This document shows positions 27,243-38,782 of a stretch of DNA of 64,000 nucleotides, in pieces (the first letter of the stretch is position 1; each line of letters begins with the position of its first letter). The position numbers were made by a program, and so were the translations under genes. Origin of the DNA: Laetmonice hystrix. Lineage: Eukaryota. The DNA lies in the NCBI GenBank assembly GCA_965235115.1, contig OZ249436.1, positions 19,346,001 through 19,410,000 on the forward strand. Reading direction: 5' to 3'. The notes beneath the pieces are model-generated. The model worked only from the letters and a program-made list of their open reading frames with translations, did not search any database and was not told the DNA's origin.

Positions 27243-28874
27243 CATTTTGTAAAAAGTCAAACCTTAGTATTGGATCTCACGGTTACTTTCTCAGGATTAA
27301 GAAGGCTAGAATTTGCCTGAAAAAAAGCAAGCATACAAAAGATTATACTATCAGATAATATCCATTTGTTATCTGAATAATGGATATTATGATCAACATG
27401 ACCAATCTGAAGAATACAGGTTAATAAGCCATAGGCCAACCGATGGCACCAAACACGTGCCTTCATGCATTACCAAGTCATGATTGTGTAGGCCTACATG
27501 TGTACTTCTGCTTCAACCATCATCAAACCAAACCTTAAACAAGGGAAGCAGACATAAGTGGGAAGACAGGAAGTTAAGCAGGCAGCCATCTGGGAAGGTA
27601 GAGCAGCCGTAGGGCAGGGACATGGCCAGGCAGACAAGCATGCAGGTTTGCAGGGATTGGCCTCACGCAACCACACACTCAGCCACCCACCCACCGACCC
27701 GAACTTACCACCAACCAGCCCACCATCTGACCGCCTGCCACCCGACGTGTGTCCACCCTCCGACCCAACCACCCAGCTGATCACCGGCCTAGTTACCTGA
27801 AAACCAACAGGAAAACCAGCCCATCTAACTACCTAACTACTATGAATATTTATAATCTAGGCCTGAATAATGCCCCAACAATGAAATTAGGCCTATCATC
27901 AAGCCAAAAATGTGAATTCACGTACCTTTTCTGCGGTTTATGCAGGTTTTAGGGCGTGCTTTCCAACTTGTCAGCCTTTAGCCATCATCTAGTTGCATAA
28001 TGACCACCTCAAGGAAGCTCGGGTTATGAATTTGGGGAGATAAATATTCAAAATATGAAATGAAACCTGAAGGGAACAGTTTCAGCAACAATGATCTTGT
28101 CATATTGAGGTCAACAGTTTTTTACGGTGAGAAAACATTACAATATGAAATAAAACCTGAAGGGAACAGTTTTTATGGCAGCAAGTAACTGACAAACTTT
28201 GTCTCATCGAGGTCCGAATGGAATACGAACCTGAGAGGCCAAGGAGCTCAGAGGCCTGGCTCACTTGGTCACTGCAATTGTTTTGTCAGAAATGTTCACG
28301 AAAAGGCATAGAAGCTGAAGGTGAACTAATGTCATAGTCAAGCTACCTACTTCCCTGACCACCGGATCTGGCGTCTAAACAACACACGATTACCCACTGG
28401 TGACATCTATAAGCATCTTTGGCACAGGATGCCGGCTGTCGGAGCGAGGAGGAACCCTTGCCGAACAGTCCCGTACATTGCCCCTCCTCTCTGGGACACA
28501 CTGCCCCCCTAGTCTGTATGGCCAATGAACAGTTTGAACTGTATGAACAGTTGACTGCCCGATTCTAACAACTTTTACCAGCAGCATGTGAGGACAGACT
28601 ACGAAAGGTGGGGGGGTGGGGGGTTAGGACAAACACCGCCACTGCAGTATAATTGAAGCCTGCTGATCACCCAACACCGACTGTGATGCAACAAATTACG
28701 ACGCGACAGTTACCCAGACAGCGGCCAGTGTGAACATTCTGACTTTAAGGTATAGTTTAACAATTGTTTATACATCACAGTACAGTGACGTCAACCTAGC
28801 GTTGGGACAACTTACCTCCCAATCTACCCACCATCTATCAAACAACCAGCTAAGTAATTAAACAACCAACCAAT

Positions 28875-29810
28875 CATTTTCCCTTTTTCGTGACAGGTTC
28901 CAGGTAGATGGACAACTGAAAACAAGAAAGGTTGGATGGTTAATAAAATGATTTAAAATGATACACACGTAAATCATTTGTCAAAAAACGAAGCCGAAGC
29001 CCATTTGTTGATAAGGGCCTGCATTCCTGAAAATATCTGAGCACTGATGTGAGAATTACTTGGATGATTTGACAATTACTGAAGTAAGGAGTAGCTTGTT
29101 CATAATAGCTCTTCAAACTTTCAATAATACCCAATGTGTGCACCTGATCGATCAGAAACTCGCCTTCATTTTGTAGTGGCCCAAGCTTGAATGAAACCAG
29201 CAGTGTAGGCCTACGCTATCTGGAAATAAATAAATGCATAAAGTAAATAAAAAAAGTGAATATAACAAATAAAAATTTAAAAACAATAAAGTATAAGAAA
29301 AAATAAATAAAAAAACAACCACAACATCCAACCAGCCTATTATGTAGTCATAATTTGCTCATAATAGTGGTCCTATCTTAAATAGCCTTTGTAGGTGTGG
29401 GAAACATGGTTTATCAATTGACTTCATTTATTCCTTCTGACAGACATTGATGTGTATAATTAGTCCATACCTTTGCTCATCTCTGTGGATAATTGTATAA
29501 TAGATGCCCTCAGCGGCAGCAGGTGGGCATGAAGGCAGTTAGTTGCCCTCTTTCGTGACGGGTTCCAGGTCGATGAACAACTGAAAACAAAAGCGGTCGG
29601 ATGGTCTATAAAATGATTTACTGAGACGATTCAAAAATTACTGAAATAAGGAATAGCCAGGTTCGCAAGAGCTCTTCAAGGACACAAACTTCCAATAATA
29701 CACAAATGTGTGCACCTGATCGATCAGAAACTCACCTTCATTATGCAGGAAACCAGCAGTGTAGGCCTACGCTGTATGGAAATAAATAAATGCATAACGT
29801 AAATAAAAAA
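28875..29810. repeat. Diverged direct duplication (about 28875-29255 versus 29545-29810) containing minus-strand splice signals
   Basis: Shared tttcgtgacRggttccaggt.gatgRacaactgaaaacaa and gtgtgcacctgatcgatcagaaactc.ccttcatt...gaaaccagcagtgtaggcctacgct. Confidence 0.85.
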
Positions 29811-30119
29811 AGAGTGGATAAAAATACATGTAATATGAAAATTTTTTAAAAATGAAAAAACGAAAAAATAAATTTAAAAAATAAATAAAATAAATAAATC
29901 CGTCACAAAACCGTCATGTACAATCTGTTTCCCTAAAATAAAAATTTATTTCATTTAAACCAAACGCCATTTGAGAGTAGACCTTACATTTCATAAGGCA
30001 TGTCCCAGCCTTGCAGTGACCTGGGCCGAATGTCTTTCTAAAGATAATTTCGGCCTACCTACCTCCGATTTCAAAGCCTATTTGGTTCTTCCTTGCTACC
30101 AGTTGAGGTACGGTCAAGC

Positions 30120-30772
30120 ACTTGTTTGTTCAGGTAAGTTCAATTAGTTTCAGTGACGGAAAGCTGCGAGCCTACGACCTCTGTCTATGAATTCCAGGTA
30201 GCAACTGACTACTGCGACTCAACCCCGGTCGAACTGGCCGAGTTTCCCGCGACGCATGCGCAAGGTGTCCCCGTCGCTGTGATGAGAGTAGAAATGTAAA
30301 AGTAAATGTAAAACTTCTCTCGCCTTACAGCGAGGCTACGGAATATTATCAATCATCATCGAAACAAGAAAAGATAGGCCTATAATCAACAGGTTCTCTG
30401 TCTCTGGGGCAATGTATGAGGATGATCCATGGATACATGCATGCAGTATAAATACCACAAAATCCAACCAGCCTATAACTGGCTGGTTGGATGTTATAGG
30501 CCAATTTCCTACCTCGACATATAACTTCAGTGTAGCCTACGTAAAGAAAATTTAGGTCTGCTTACCTCTGACGGCCTGTGTAGTTGTCCGTGGCTGTCAA
30601 CGCAAGTGAGGTTTTGCCAAGCAGTCGAGTTCTTTGTTCAGTTTGAGTTGAATTGGTTTCAATGACGGAAAGCTGTGCTCCTATGACCTCTCTCTATGAA
30701 TGCCAGGTAGTCGACTGGCGACTGGCACGCCGGCCCAAACTGGTTCGCATTTTCCCGCCACGCATGCGCATC
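30120..30772 (-). promoter_or_regulatory. Two duplicated candidate promoter modules (E2F-like plus NRF1-like sites)
   Basis: tttcccgcgacgcatgcgca (about 30243) and tttcccgccacgcatgcgca (about 30751). Each is preceded on the plus strand by the same gacggaaagctg...ccaggtag block. Minus-strand donors lie at about 30565 and 30062. Confidence 0.4.
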
Positions 30773-31833
30773 GGTCAGATTTAATTAATATTCATGTATT
30801 TCATTTGCCTCGTCCGTAGGGGCGGTGGATTTCATGCTTCACTGAACTGTTGGAAATGCACACATGCGAACTCCGGTCGTCCTATATCAACAATGAACGG
30901 TGATCCACTGTAAATAGTCGGTCATAGAAAATGCAAAACGTTGACCGAAATATTATATGTCCTTGGGATATTTCATTCATTCACTTATGTTCGTCCTCTT
31001 CAGAGCGAGAACATTTACCACTGCGGATGGTTCAAACAGGATGGTTTGAATATCAGTCCCATTGTCGATGTGTAAAAATATGTTTCGGCCAGTCGTTCGT
31101 ACCACATACTCCCTTGAGTGGCTCATGTCACCACTCCACCGCACTGCCCACCTCCCAACTCACCCCCACCCACCCAAGTACACGTGTACAGTCTACTGAC
31201 CGGTCATTGTTTTTGCGTACATATCCACTGGCCCTATCGCCTGGTGTTCCTCTTTGCCTGCCGCCACCTGTAATCCACGTATACGTAGTCGGAGTGGGGG
31301 GGTCTGGATGGCGTTCCCCGTAAGTCAAGGAGGCACCAAGTCTGTTATGTCATTCACTGGGCCGGCTTCCATGTACACAATTCACAGTGACACGCGTACC
31401 TTTGCTTTGGCCAGCACAGTTGTTCGGTCTAAGTGAGGTAATACATGTATTGGGGGTGCTGGAAGAGTGCTGTTCACCTCAATATCAGACATTCAGCCTT
31501 GTAGAAAATGTCTCACGTACACGATGGCTCAAAAAATATTCCTGACTCCCGTATAGCGCAAAATAGAGGCCGACAAGCGTGGGCGCCGGAGAATATTCAG
31601 AGTTAGGGGGCAGCCCGAGATCTGATACCAGCTAGGGGGCAAAGGCTTTCACAGCTACAATTAGATCAAATCCGATGCTTCACATAGATATTATGATTTA
31701 CAGATGTACATTCATCGATTACAAAGGACATATCACTCCGACCTATTATCCATGAAAGTTGTCTTTCCTTTATGTCAAGAATTAAAATATCCATGTCTGT
31801 GTTGGCCTGTCTCACATCTACACTTCTACTGCG

Positions 31834-32260
31834 AAAAGGTTTATAATGCTAAGAGACGCATCATTGGAGAGTTATATAATAATTACTGACGAGATATCAA
31901 AGGTCGTTATTTGTTATAAAAGGGACATGTGGAAGTTCAAAGTTCATTTATAGGCCTACCCAATGAACAATTTATATAATAATAGGTAGGGTAAAGGTTC
32001 CTGCAACTTGGGCTATCTTCTCTTCTGTGCCAAAGTGTACGCCCCTCAATCTGCCCGAAATGTCTGCTACATATTCTCCCATGTGAAATGGCTATTTTAT
32101 TTTTATTGCAATTTTCACTTTCATGTCGTTTTTTTTTGCTCATTTCGGTGTTTTTGTCGGTTGCTATAAAGGATGCCAGTTGGTTAACATTCCAAATTGG
32201 AGTCAATGGAGCGTGTCCTATACCAGAGTGACCAGTGTCCAGGGCCATTGGCCTGCGCGA
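31834..32260 (-). pseudogene. Decayed OTU-like cysteine protease coding relic, probably transposon-derived
   Basis: One minus frame from 32082 reads MGEYVADISGRLRGVHFGTEEKIAQVAGTFTLPIII*IVHWVGL*MNFELP...YYITLQ*CVS*HYKP, resembling the OTU pattern EY...WGT..EI...A....PI.VY...I.L....HY. Upstream NGPGHW (another frame) may be a decayed GDGHC box. Several stops are present. Confidence 0.5.
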
Positions 32261-32781
32261 AATTTACACGCGCTGTGCAAAAGCAAATGGGGGTGGACAT
32301 GAAAACTGCGTGGCCCGTGATCCCGCCACTATTGTTATTGGTTTTAACATGGAACTGGTTTAAAGTGGTATTTGCACGTCGTGTGGAATGGCACAAGACG
32401 GCTACTGACTGATCATTTCGGAGCATTTTACCCTTCATTTAGGCGAACAATGGTGGGGGGGGGGGTAGTTTGGGATTAGAACCCACCCCCCCCCCACACA
32501 CACACACCCTTCTCCGTCCCGCCTATATCCGCCCCCATCCAGACACAGACACACATCCCGACACACGCACCCCCACACCCACCCCCACCCACACACCCAC
32601 AGTCACATTGTACTTCGGTATAAACCCACCCCCTAGCCAGCTGCTGTGATCGGACAGTCGGGGCAGGGGAGTTCAGTCAAAGGGTCGGCATTTAATTTTC
32701 ACTAAACGGAAACGATCCAAACTACCAGAGAGAAACAACTTTCCGTTGGGCATACCCCCTCTGCTGGGGGCCTGATTATAA

Positions 32782-33138
32782 CCGGACTCGAACTAAACGG
32801 TATTTGCCGGTATTTTCCCAGTGTTTGCGTGTGTTCTAAAGACAACCCGAAACCGGACTCGAACTAAACGGTATTTGCAGGTATTTTCCCAGTGTTTACG
32901 TGTGTTCTAAAGACAACCCGAAGCCGGACTCGAACTAAAGGGTATTTGCCGGTATTTTCCCAGTGTTTGCGTGTGTTCTAAAGACAACCCGAAGCCGGAC
33001 TCGAACTAAAGGGTATTTGCCGGTATTTTCCCAGTGTTTGCGTGTGTTCTAAAGACAACCCGAAGCCGGACTCGAACTAAAGGGTATTTGCCGGTATTTT
33101 CCCAGTGTTTGCGTGTGTTCTAAAGACAACCCGAAGCC
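32782..33138. repeat. 71-bp tandem repeat, 5 copies
   Basis: Unit ccggactcgaactaaaSggtatttgccggtattttcccagtgtttgcgtgtgttctaaagacaacccgaaR. Confidence 0.96.
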
Positions 33139-34832
33139 ACCAGTTTGATTTACCAATTTCCCGAGTGTTTATTGAGCACCGACGAAACACGATAGTGACG
33201 ACTAGAGCCGATAGGTGGCGATACTGTACAGAACTTACTGTTGAAGTCTGGAAACAAAATGACTGTCCATGTGCAGTTTTGAGTATAATCAGTAAAAACC
33301 GCGTGCAACAATTAATGTGTAAACGTCTTACCTGTTCGTGTGACAATGGCAAATCTAGATTACTAATAAGGCACGAGTATTTAAAACATGTTAAATAAAT
33401 TGGGTACCTACACCGATAGACAGCATTAGTACTGCGGTATGGCACGCTCACGATCTGATACATTTGCCAATGCTTGAGACGATTTTTCAATCAATTTTGT
33501 GAGATAACTCCAATTTTTTATTTTTTTTTGTCTATGATTTCAATATTTCAACGATTGAAGCCGGGGCTCAAGGAACAGCCGTGACGTCAGGCGTAAGAAA
33601 ATAATTATCGCTGTGATGTGATCAGGTCGAGTCCATAGCGTCATGGAAGGGAAGTACGTACGCCCAGACGTACTATTCGGCCACAGGCTGACTTGTGCCG
33701 ATATATGCTAGCTGTTGGTGCCGTATATCGGTGTAACTCCCTATTCTAACCCGTCATGCAAAGTCTCACGTGTATCATGCTAGTTTGTCGTGGCAATGAC
33801 TAGGCTCTCTCAGAATACTTGAGACATAAAATGCATAGATAAAATCATCACAGCTACTATGGTGGTGTTAAATATTACAAATCCTGATGACATTTAGACA
33901 ACTTTACGTTATACTTCCCATGCGTGAGGCTGAGCGTGATTAAGTTAAATATTATTATTATTATTAGATTAAAAAATCATGCGGCATTGGTTCAAACACA
34001 TGCTTCATATCACTCACATAAAACCTAAACTTACTGATTGTGTGAGCTTCTAAAACAAGCAAGTCTACTATAACCATCATCAAGTGATGTTTAGGAATAT
34101 CATTCATTAAGACTAGAGTCAGTTAAAACATCACGTAAATTCTGTCATAACAAAAGTAAATTGGTTTCGTAGAACTCATTGGATGATCAGACTAATACAA
34201 AATATTACCCGTACCAAATGTAAGTCATTCAAAATGTTGCCTAAAAACGACTTTTTACCCCATACTTGAGCTCATTATTAGAACATCCATGAAGGGACGT
34301 ACTATTAATACTATATATGACTTAGATTTAATCACTTGCTGTCAATGAACTATGTCCTGTATGACCGACCAACATTTACAAAACATGACTGAGGTTATCT
34401 GTCACCTCAGCCCGTTTAGACCGTTGTGTTTTACATCAGTGTCCCACCTGTCAACCTGTGCACATATTTAGTCTTGGTATACATCGTGGCTGTACTTGTT
34501 AACATAAAACGGAAAAGGTTCACGCGTATTTCAACATTCATCTGGGGACACACACCATCCAAATCACAAGTCCAAATCATGCATATTGGTTAGTTGGCAT
34601 GGCAACCATAAAATTATTAAAAAATAGTCCCTCTGTACAAAATGACCTAGAAAGCGGTAGCGGAATGGGGATCAATCAAATCTATTTTTACATCGTACCT
34701 CGACCCTGAAAATGAAATGTGATGTACAATCAGTACTGCTGGTACCAAAACGAAGCACTTGGCAGGTGATGCAGGCCTTTCATCAGTCGGCTTCAAGACT
34801 CCTTGAACGTGGTCACGTGGCTGTCCCAGGGT

Positions 34833-34879
34833 TCAGCTGTGACTGGGAACGACGTGAGGACATGTCTGATCGACGGCAC
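34833..34879 (-). CDS. MPV17L: Probable MPV17L-like terminal coding exon (GAVDQTCPHVVPSHS*)
   Basis: Acceptor acgtttttcag, phase-compatible, TGA at 34835-34833. The tail is not conserved, and read-through of exon 3 to the stop at 34973 is an alternative. Confidence 0.6.
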
Positions 34880-36756
34880 CTGAAAAACGTGACGTGTACA
34901 CTGGTTAAAACAACACAGGACGGACAACTGTGACGTCATAATGACACAACACTGGGAAACGATAAGTTCAGGTTAAAACGGACATGTGTTCTTACTACCT
35001 GTCAGATGAGTGGCCTTCCACGACTTGATGTAACAGATAATGTTGGTCCATACGAATGCACCGAAGGCCACGTAGATTGCACGATACGCCGGGGGAACAA
35101 AGGCAAAGTTGATACACTGAACTGTTGGCCAGTACACGCACCCAGTCTGCAACATCAAGGTAGAATAGAAAATTATGCCTGCAATACCTGAAAATTATGG
35201 CCATATAACTAACATTTTCATAATTTTACAGCAGTGGTTGATTTGAAAGAATCCATCTGATCTTCCGGTTTAATTGACAATGACATACCATGCTAAGTTA
35301 AAAATTAATTGAAGATTTATAAAAAATAAAATAATACACAGACCTTTTTGCGATTTTATAATGTCTACGGGGTATGTACTAAAAGACTAAAGACTAAAAG
35401 ACTAAATATTGCCCCCCAAAAAACTCTTTTGCTAAAAATGTCACTTAGGTATAATCGAACTGTAGCTTAGGTAATACGACTAATAGAGCGATTCATTTGT
35501 CCAATAACCACTCAATCTGAGAGTTGGTGGTTATTGGTGTTCGTTAACAAAGTCCATAGAAATATTCTCGTTCCGGTTTCTCCCACCAGACGGCTCTGGT
35601 GCTGGGTCTGAGGCTGTAATGAGTCCGCTGTCCGTGAGATGGCGCCACAGTATTAGAGCAGTCAGCCAGAGACCACGGCCATCGGCTCGCGTATAGGTAG
35701 TTTACTTACCAGGAATGTAGTTGGTCCTTTCTTCTTGGCTTCATCAAATATGTCATCTGCTCCCTCCAAGGCACTTGTGGCTGACAGAGCAAAGCATGGA
35801 CATTTTGGTTTCACCTGAGAAACGTTAGTCTAACACAGATCAGCTTGTGAATATTTTTTTGTTCTTTAGCTTTTTTGAAGTTAGAACAAAGACCAATTAA
35901 AAAATAGAAAATACCCATTAATCGTGCATTCTAAGCTGTTCTGTAATGTACTTCGCAAAAAAAAAATTAAAAAAACTCCTGATTAAACCAGTTGTGTGAT
36001 CAGAGTTTACATCTGAAGAGAAGCCGTGGCAGCTACATCAGGATTTCCAGGTCAGATAAACGGTCAGATTATGTAGGTACACCACAAGAAGAGTATGCCA
36101 CTTACTGTGTGCGTAAGAAACAAGCATATATGTGAGAAAAATGTTATCAGGTATTCTTATTAAAGAAAGAAAGGACGAGTTAGAGGAAAATCAAACCTAA
36201 TAGTAATGATTTCTGAAAATAGCCAGAGGCTACTTTAGATAAAATTTGATAAGTGATTTTAAAATTCACTCTATTAACCTGAAAAAGCTCACTTGTTTGG
36301 TTTTTTTTTTTTAAAGATTTCATGGCAATTAAGTATGTTATTGAAGGCTGCCACTGGTCACTGGTGCCTACAGTCTATAACTCCAGGACCAACTGAAAGG
36401 CCTGCAGAAATGGTCGCCTACATGCTATCATTCACAAACAACTCACCAATGAAAAAAATGAACACCCCAGCAGAGCCAGCTATGGACTGGTCTATCACCA
36501 TCTTCTTGAGAATAGTTGTTGCGGCGGTACCAGGAAAGCGTCGGTCCATCCATCGATACCAGAAGTGGTAGAGTGGCCCGAAGATGCCAGCTCCAACTGC
36601 TCCTATTCGTGCAGCACTGGTGTAGTCTCTGCTGTCCTTCCTGCAGATAGTCTGTTGACTGAGGTCTCCCAGCGTGTACAGACTCCCATAGACAGCCATG
36701 TTACATACGACTGGATACTGGGAATATAGCATCCGCAATCTGGAGAACACTGCCAT
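34833..36756 (-). CDS. MPV17L: Mpv17/PMP22 family membrane protein, MPV17L-like; spliced CDS join(36756..36447,35780..35710,35146..34999,34879..34833), about 191 aa
   Basis: Manually spliced product: MAVFSRLRMLYSQYPVVCNMAVYGSLYTLGDLSQQ...GPLYHFWYRWMDRRFPG...LKKMVIDQ...FIATSALEGADDIFDEAKKKGPTTFLTGCVYWPTVQCINFAFVPPAYRAIYVAFGAFVWTNIICYIKS... It carries the family motifs GD..Q, HFWY..D, K...DQ and WP.VQ..NF..VP. All introns are GT-AG with matching phases (1,0,1). YGSL and EGADDIF resemble human MPV17L (YGSL, QGKDDIF, recalled), so the family is secure and the paralog call less so. Confidence 0.9.
34999..35146 (-). CDS. MPV17L: MPV17L-like coding exon 3 (148 nt)
   Basis: gatgttgcag|ACT GGG TGC... 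encodes TGCVYWPTVQCINFAFVPPAYRAIYVAFGAFVWTNIICYIKSWKATHLT. Donor AG|gtagta, with an in-phase alternative 3 nt further. Confidence 0.9.
35710..35780 (-). CDS. MPV17L: MPV17L-like coding exon 2 (71 nt)
   Basis: gctttgctctgtcag|CC ACA AGT...TTC CTG|gtaagt. Encodes (A)TSALEGADDIFDEAKKKGPTTFL in phase with both neighbours. Too short to appear in the ORF track. Confidence 0.9.
36447..36756 (-). CDS. MPV17L: MPV17L-like coding exon 1 (310 nt)
   Basis: ATG at 36756. Ends ATT G|GTGAGT (phase 1 donor). An upstream acceptor ttcattttcag at about 36850 suggests a 5' UTR intron. Confidence 0.92.
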
Positions 36757-37190
36757 GGCACTGGCTGATGGTTAACCTGAAGGCTGCTGGAGAACCAATG
36801 GTGTGAATTATTCCTGGTTAGTCAATATTCAGTTTGTCTCAAATATCAGCTGAAAATGAAGTTTTAACAGTTTCTAGAAATCACTTAATTAAAGATAAAA
36901 TATCAAATGAAAAATCTCTGAGATATTAGGAAGCACAACCAACTGCCCCTCCCCTAAAAAGTGGAAATTTAATAATATAGTAATCAGACTTGTAGAGATG
37001 TAGCATAATTTGTAGGCCTAGGCTATGTAGGGCCTACTCTGGTAATTTATGGAAGTTACCCCCCCCCCCCCCATCCGAGAGAGCCAGAGAGAAAAGATGA
37101 GAGAGACGGACCCGGATGGACTGAGAGAAACAAGAGACAGAGTCAGAGACAGACACAGAGACTTTGATCCAACCCTCATGTGTCAACACG

Positions 37191-37841
37191 CTGGTGTACT
37201 ATGAAATGTTGTTGCCTATGAAATATTGCAGCATTGCATCACTGCATTATTTCACAGCCTGTAGCTATAGCTAGTAGCTAGCTACAGCTGCAGCTAGCTG
37301 CCTATGAAATATTGCAGCGATGCAATACTGCAATATTTCATAGCCTGCATTATTTTATAGCCTGTATAGGCCATGAAATATTGCAGTCCGTGGAATATTG
37401 CAGTACTAGGCTATTTCATGACCGCAATATTTCATAGGCGGCATTATTTCATAGCTATAGCTTTGAAATATTGCAGTCCATGGAATATTGCAGTACTAGG
37501 CTATTTCATGACTGCAATATTCCACGGACTGCAATATTTCATTAGTACTGCATTATTTCCTTAGTACTGCATTATTTCATAGCCTGCAGCTATAAAATAT
37601 TGCTGCCTATGAAATATTGCAGTATTGCATGACTGCATTATTTCATAGGTGCCATATACCTATAGGCCATGAAATATTGCAGTCCATGGAATATTGCAGT
37701 ACTTGGCTATTTCATGACTGCAATATTTCATAGGCGGCATGGAATAATGCCGCCTATGAAATATTGCAGTCATGAAATCAGTACAAAAGTGCAATGCAGC
37801 AATATTTCATGACTGCAATAGCCTATTTCATAGCACACCTG
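37191..37841. mobile_element. Foldback-like MITE built from atgaaatattgcag repeats in both orientations
   Basis: TIR ctggtgtactatgaaat versus caggtgtgctatgaaat (15/17). The interior is alternating direct and inverted copies of the motif. Confidence 0.75.
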
Positions 37842-38169
37842 TACCATCATGCCAATCATGACTGCTGATCACTGATGATGTATGAGCGATAACCGGGGGA
37901 TTTGGGGTGACCGCAGGCCTTGGCTGTACAGTTTACAACAGTAGGCCTAACACAGGTCAGGCTACAGCCGGCTACAGTATACAGCTAGCTTGTGGCCGAT
38001 CCCTCCCAGATCCAGGCAGCAACCAGAAACAACCCCACACGGTACAATGTCAATGATCATGGCCTCAGCAAGACCCACACACATCATACAGCCATCCATC
38101 AACCCACCACTTGAACATGTGACTCGGTCATACTGGATCAGTGGATGCAGAGCTTGCCATCGAGTACCC

Positions 38170-38480
38170 AAACTAACCTGTACCCGGGGGATGATGTCAG
38201 TCTGTGTACCTCGCCCGATACCAACACGTGCACCCCGGCCCTCACGTGCACCCGTGACAGTACGACCCAGTTCTCCCACGACAGGCTCCCGAAATAATAG
38301 ATCCCTCTGAGGCCTCGGGGCCTCTCACTCCCGGCAGGTCTATGTCTGTGCATAGAACTGCAGCCTACTATCTTTTCTTGCATTGCGCGCGCAAGCGTGA
38401 TCCGCCCTATCTCAACGTAAACAAACGCACGTGTTTACCTGAAGCAGTGAAGGGGCTGCGAGTCGCGCTGAGCCGAGTCA
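38170..38480 (-). promoter_or_regulatory. Candidate promoter and non-coding first exon of the MPV17L-like gene
   Basis: Locally CpG-rich. TGCGCGCGCA (NRF1-like, 38384), GTAAACAA (FOX-like, 38417), CACGTG (38428). Minus-strand donors CAG|GTTAGT (about 38177) and GAG|GTACAC (about 38208). Confidence 0.4.
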
Positions 38481-38782
38481 AGGCAAGGACACCACAAAAC
38501 TGATAGCTAGGCCTATTATAGTTAAGAAGGCCTATAGACTAGAGCCTAATAGCATAGGCGTTGGGGGGGGGGGAGGGGGGTGAACGTTCGTGCTCTCTTT
38601 TAGAGACTTACTTTCTTGTTCTAATAATAGGCCTAATCCAAGACCTCCAGAAAAACCAACTAACAAACCCTAACGAATTATCATTGTAGGCCTATGCGTA
38701 GGGATGTTCCAAATATTAGAAATATTTTAAAATTTAGCAAAAGGTTTCAAATGTGTACAGATGTATTTCGTGAGTAAGTTTA

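Noticed and set aside
31937..32248. RICSRHF in the 103-aa minus ORF, suggesting a THAP domain
   Set aside because: The upstream C-x-C and W of THAP are missing, and an overlapping frame fits OTU over a longer stretch. Likely coincidental.
35560..35650. SINE-like motif gttccggtttctcccacc in intron 2
   Set aside because: Too short, with no A/B boxes or tail visible.
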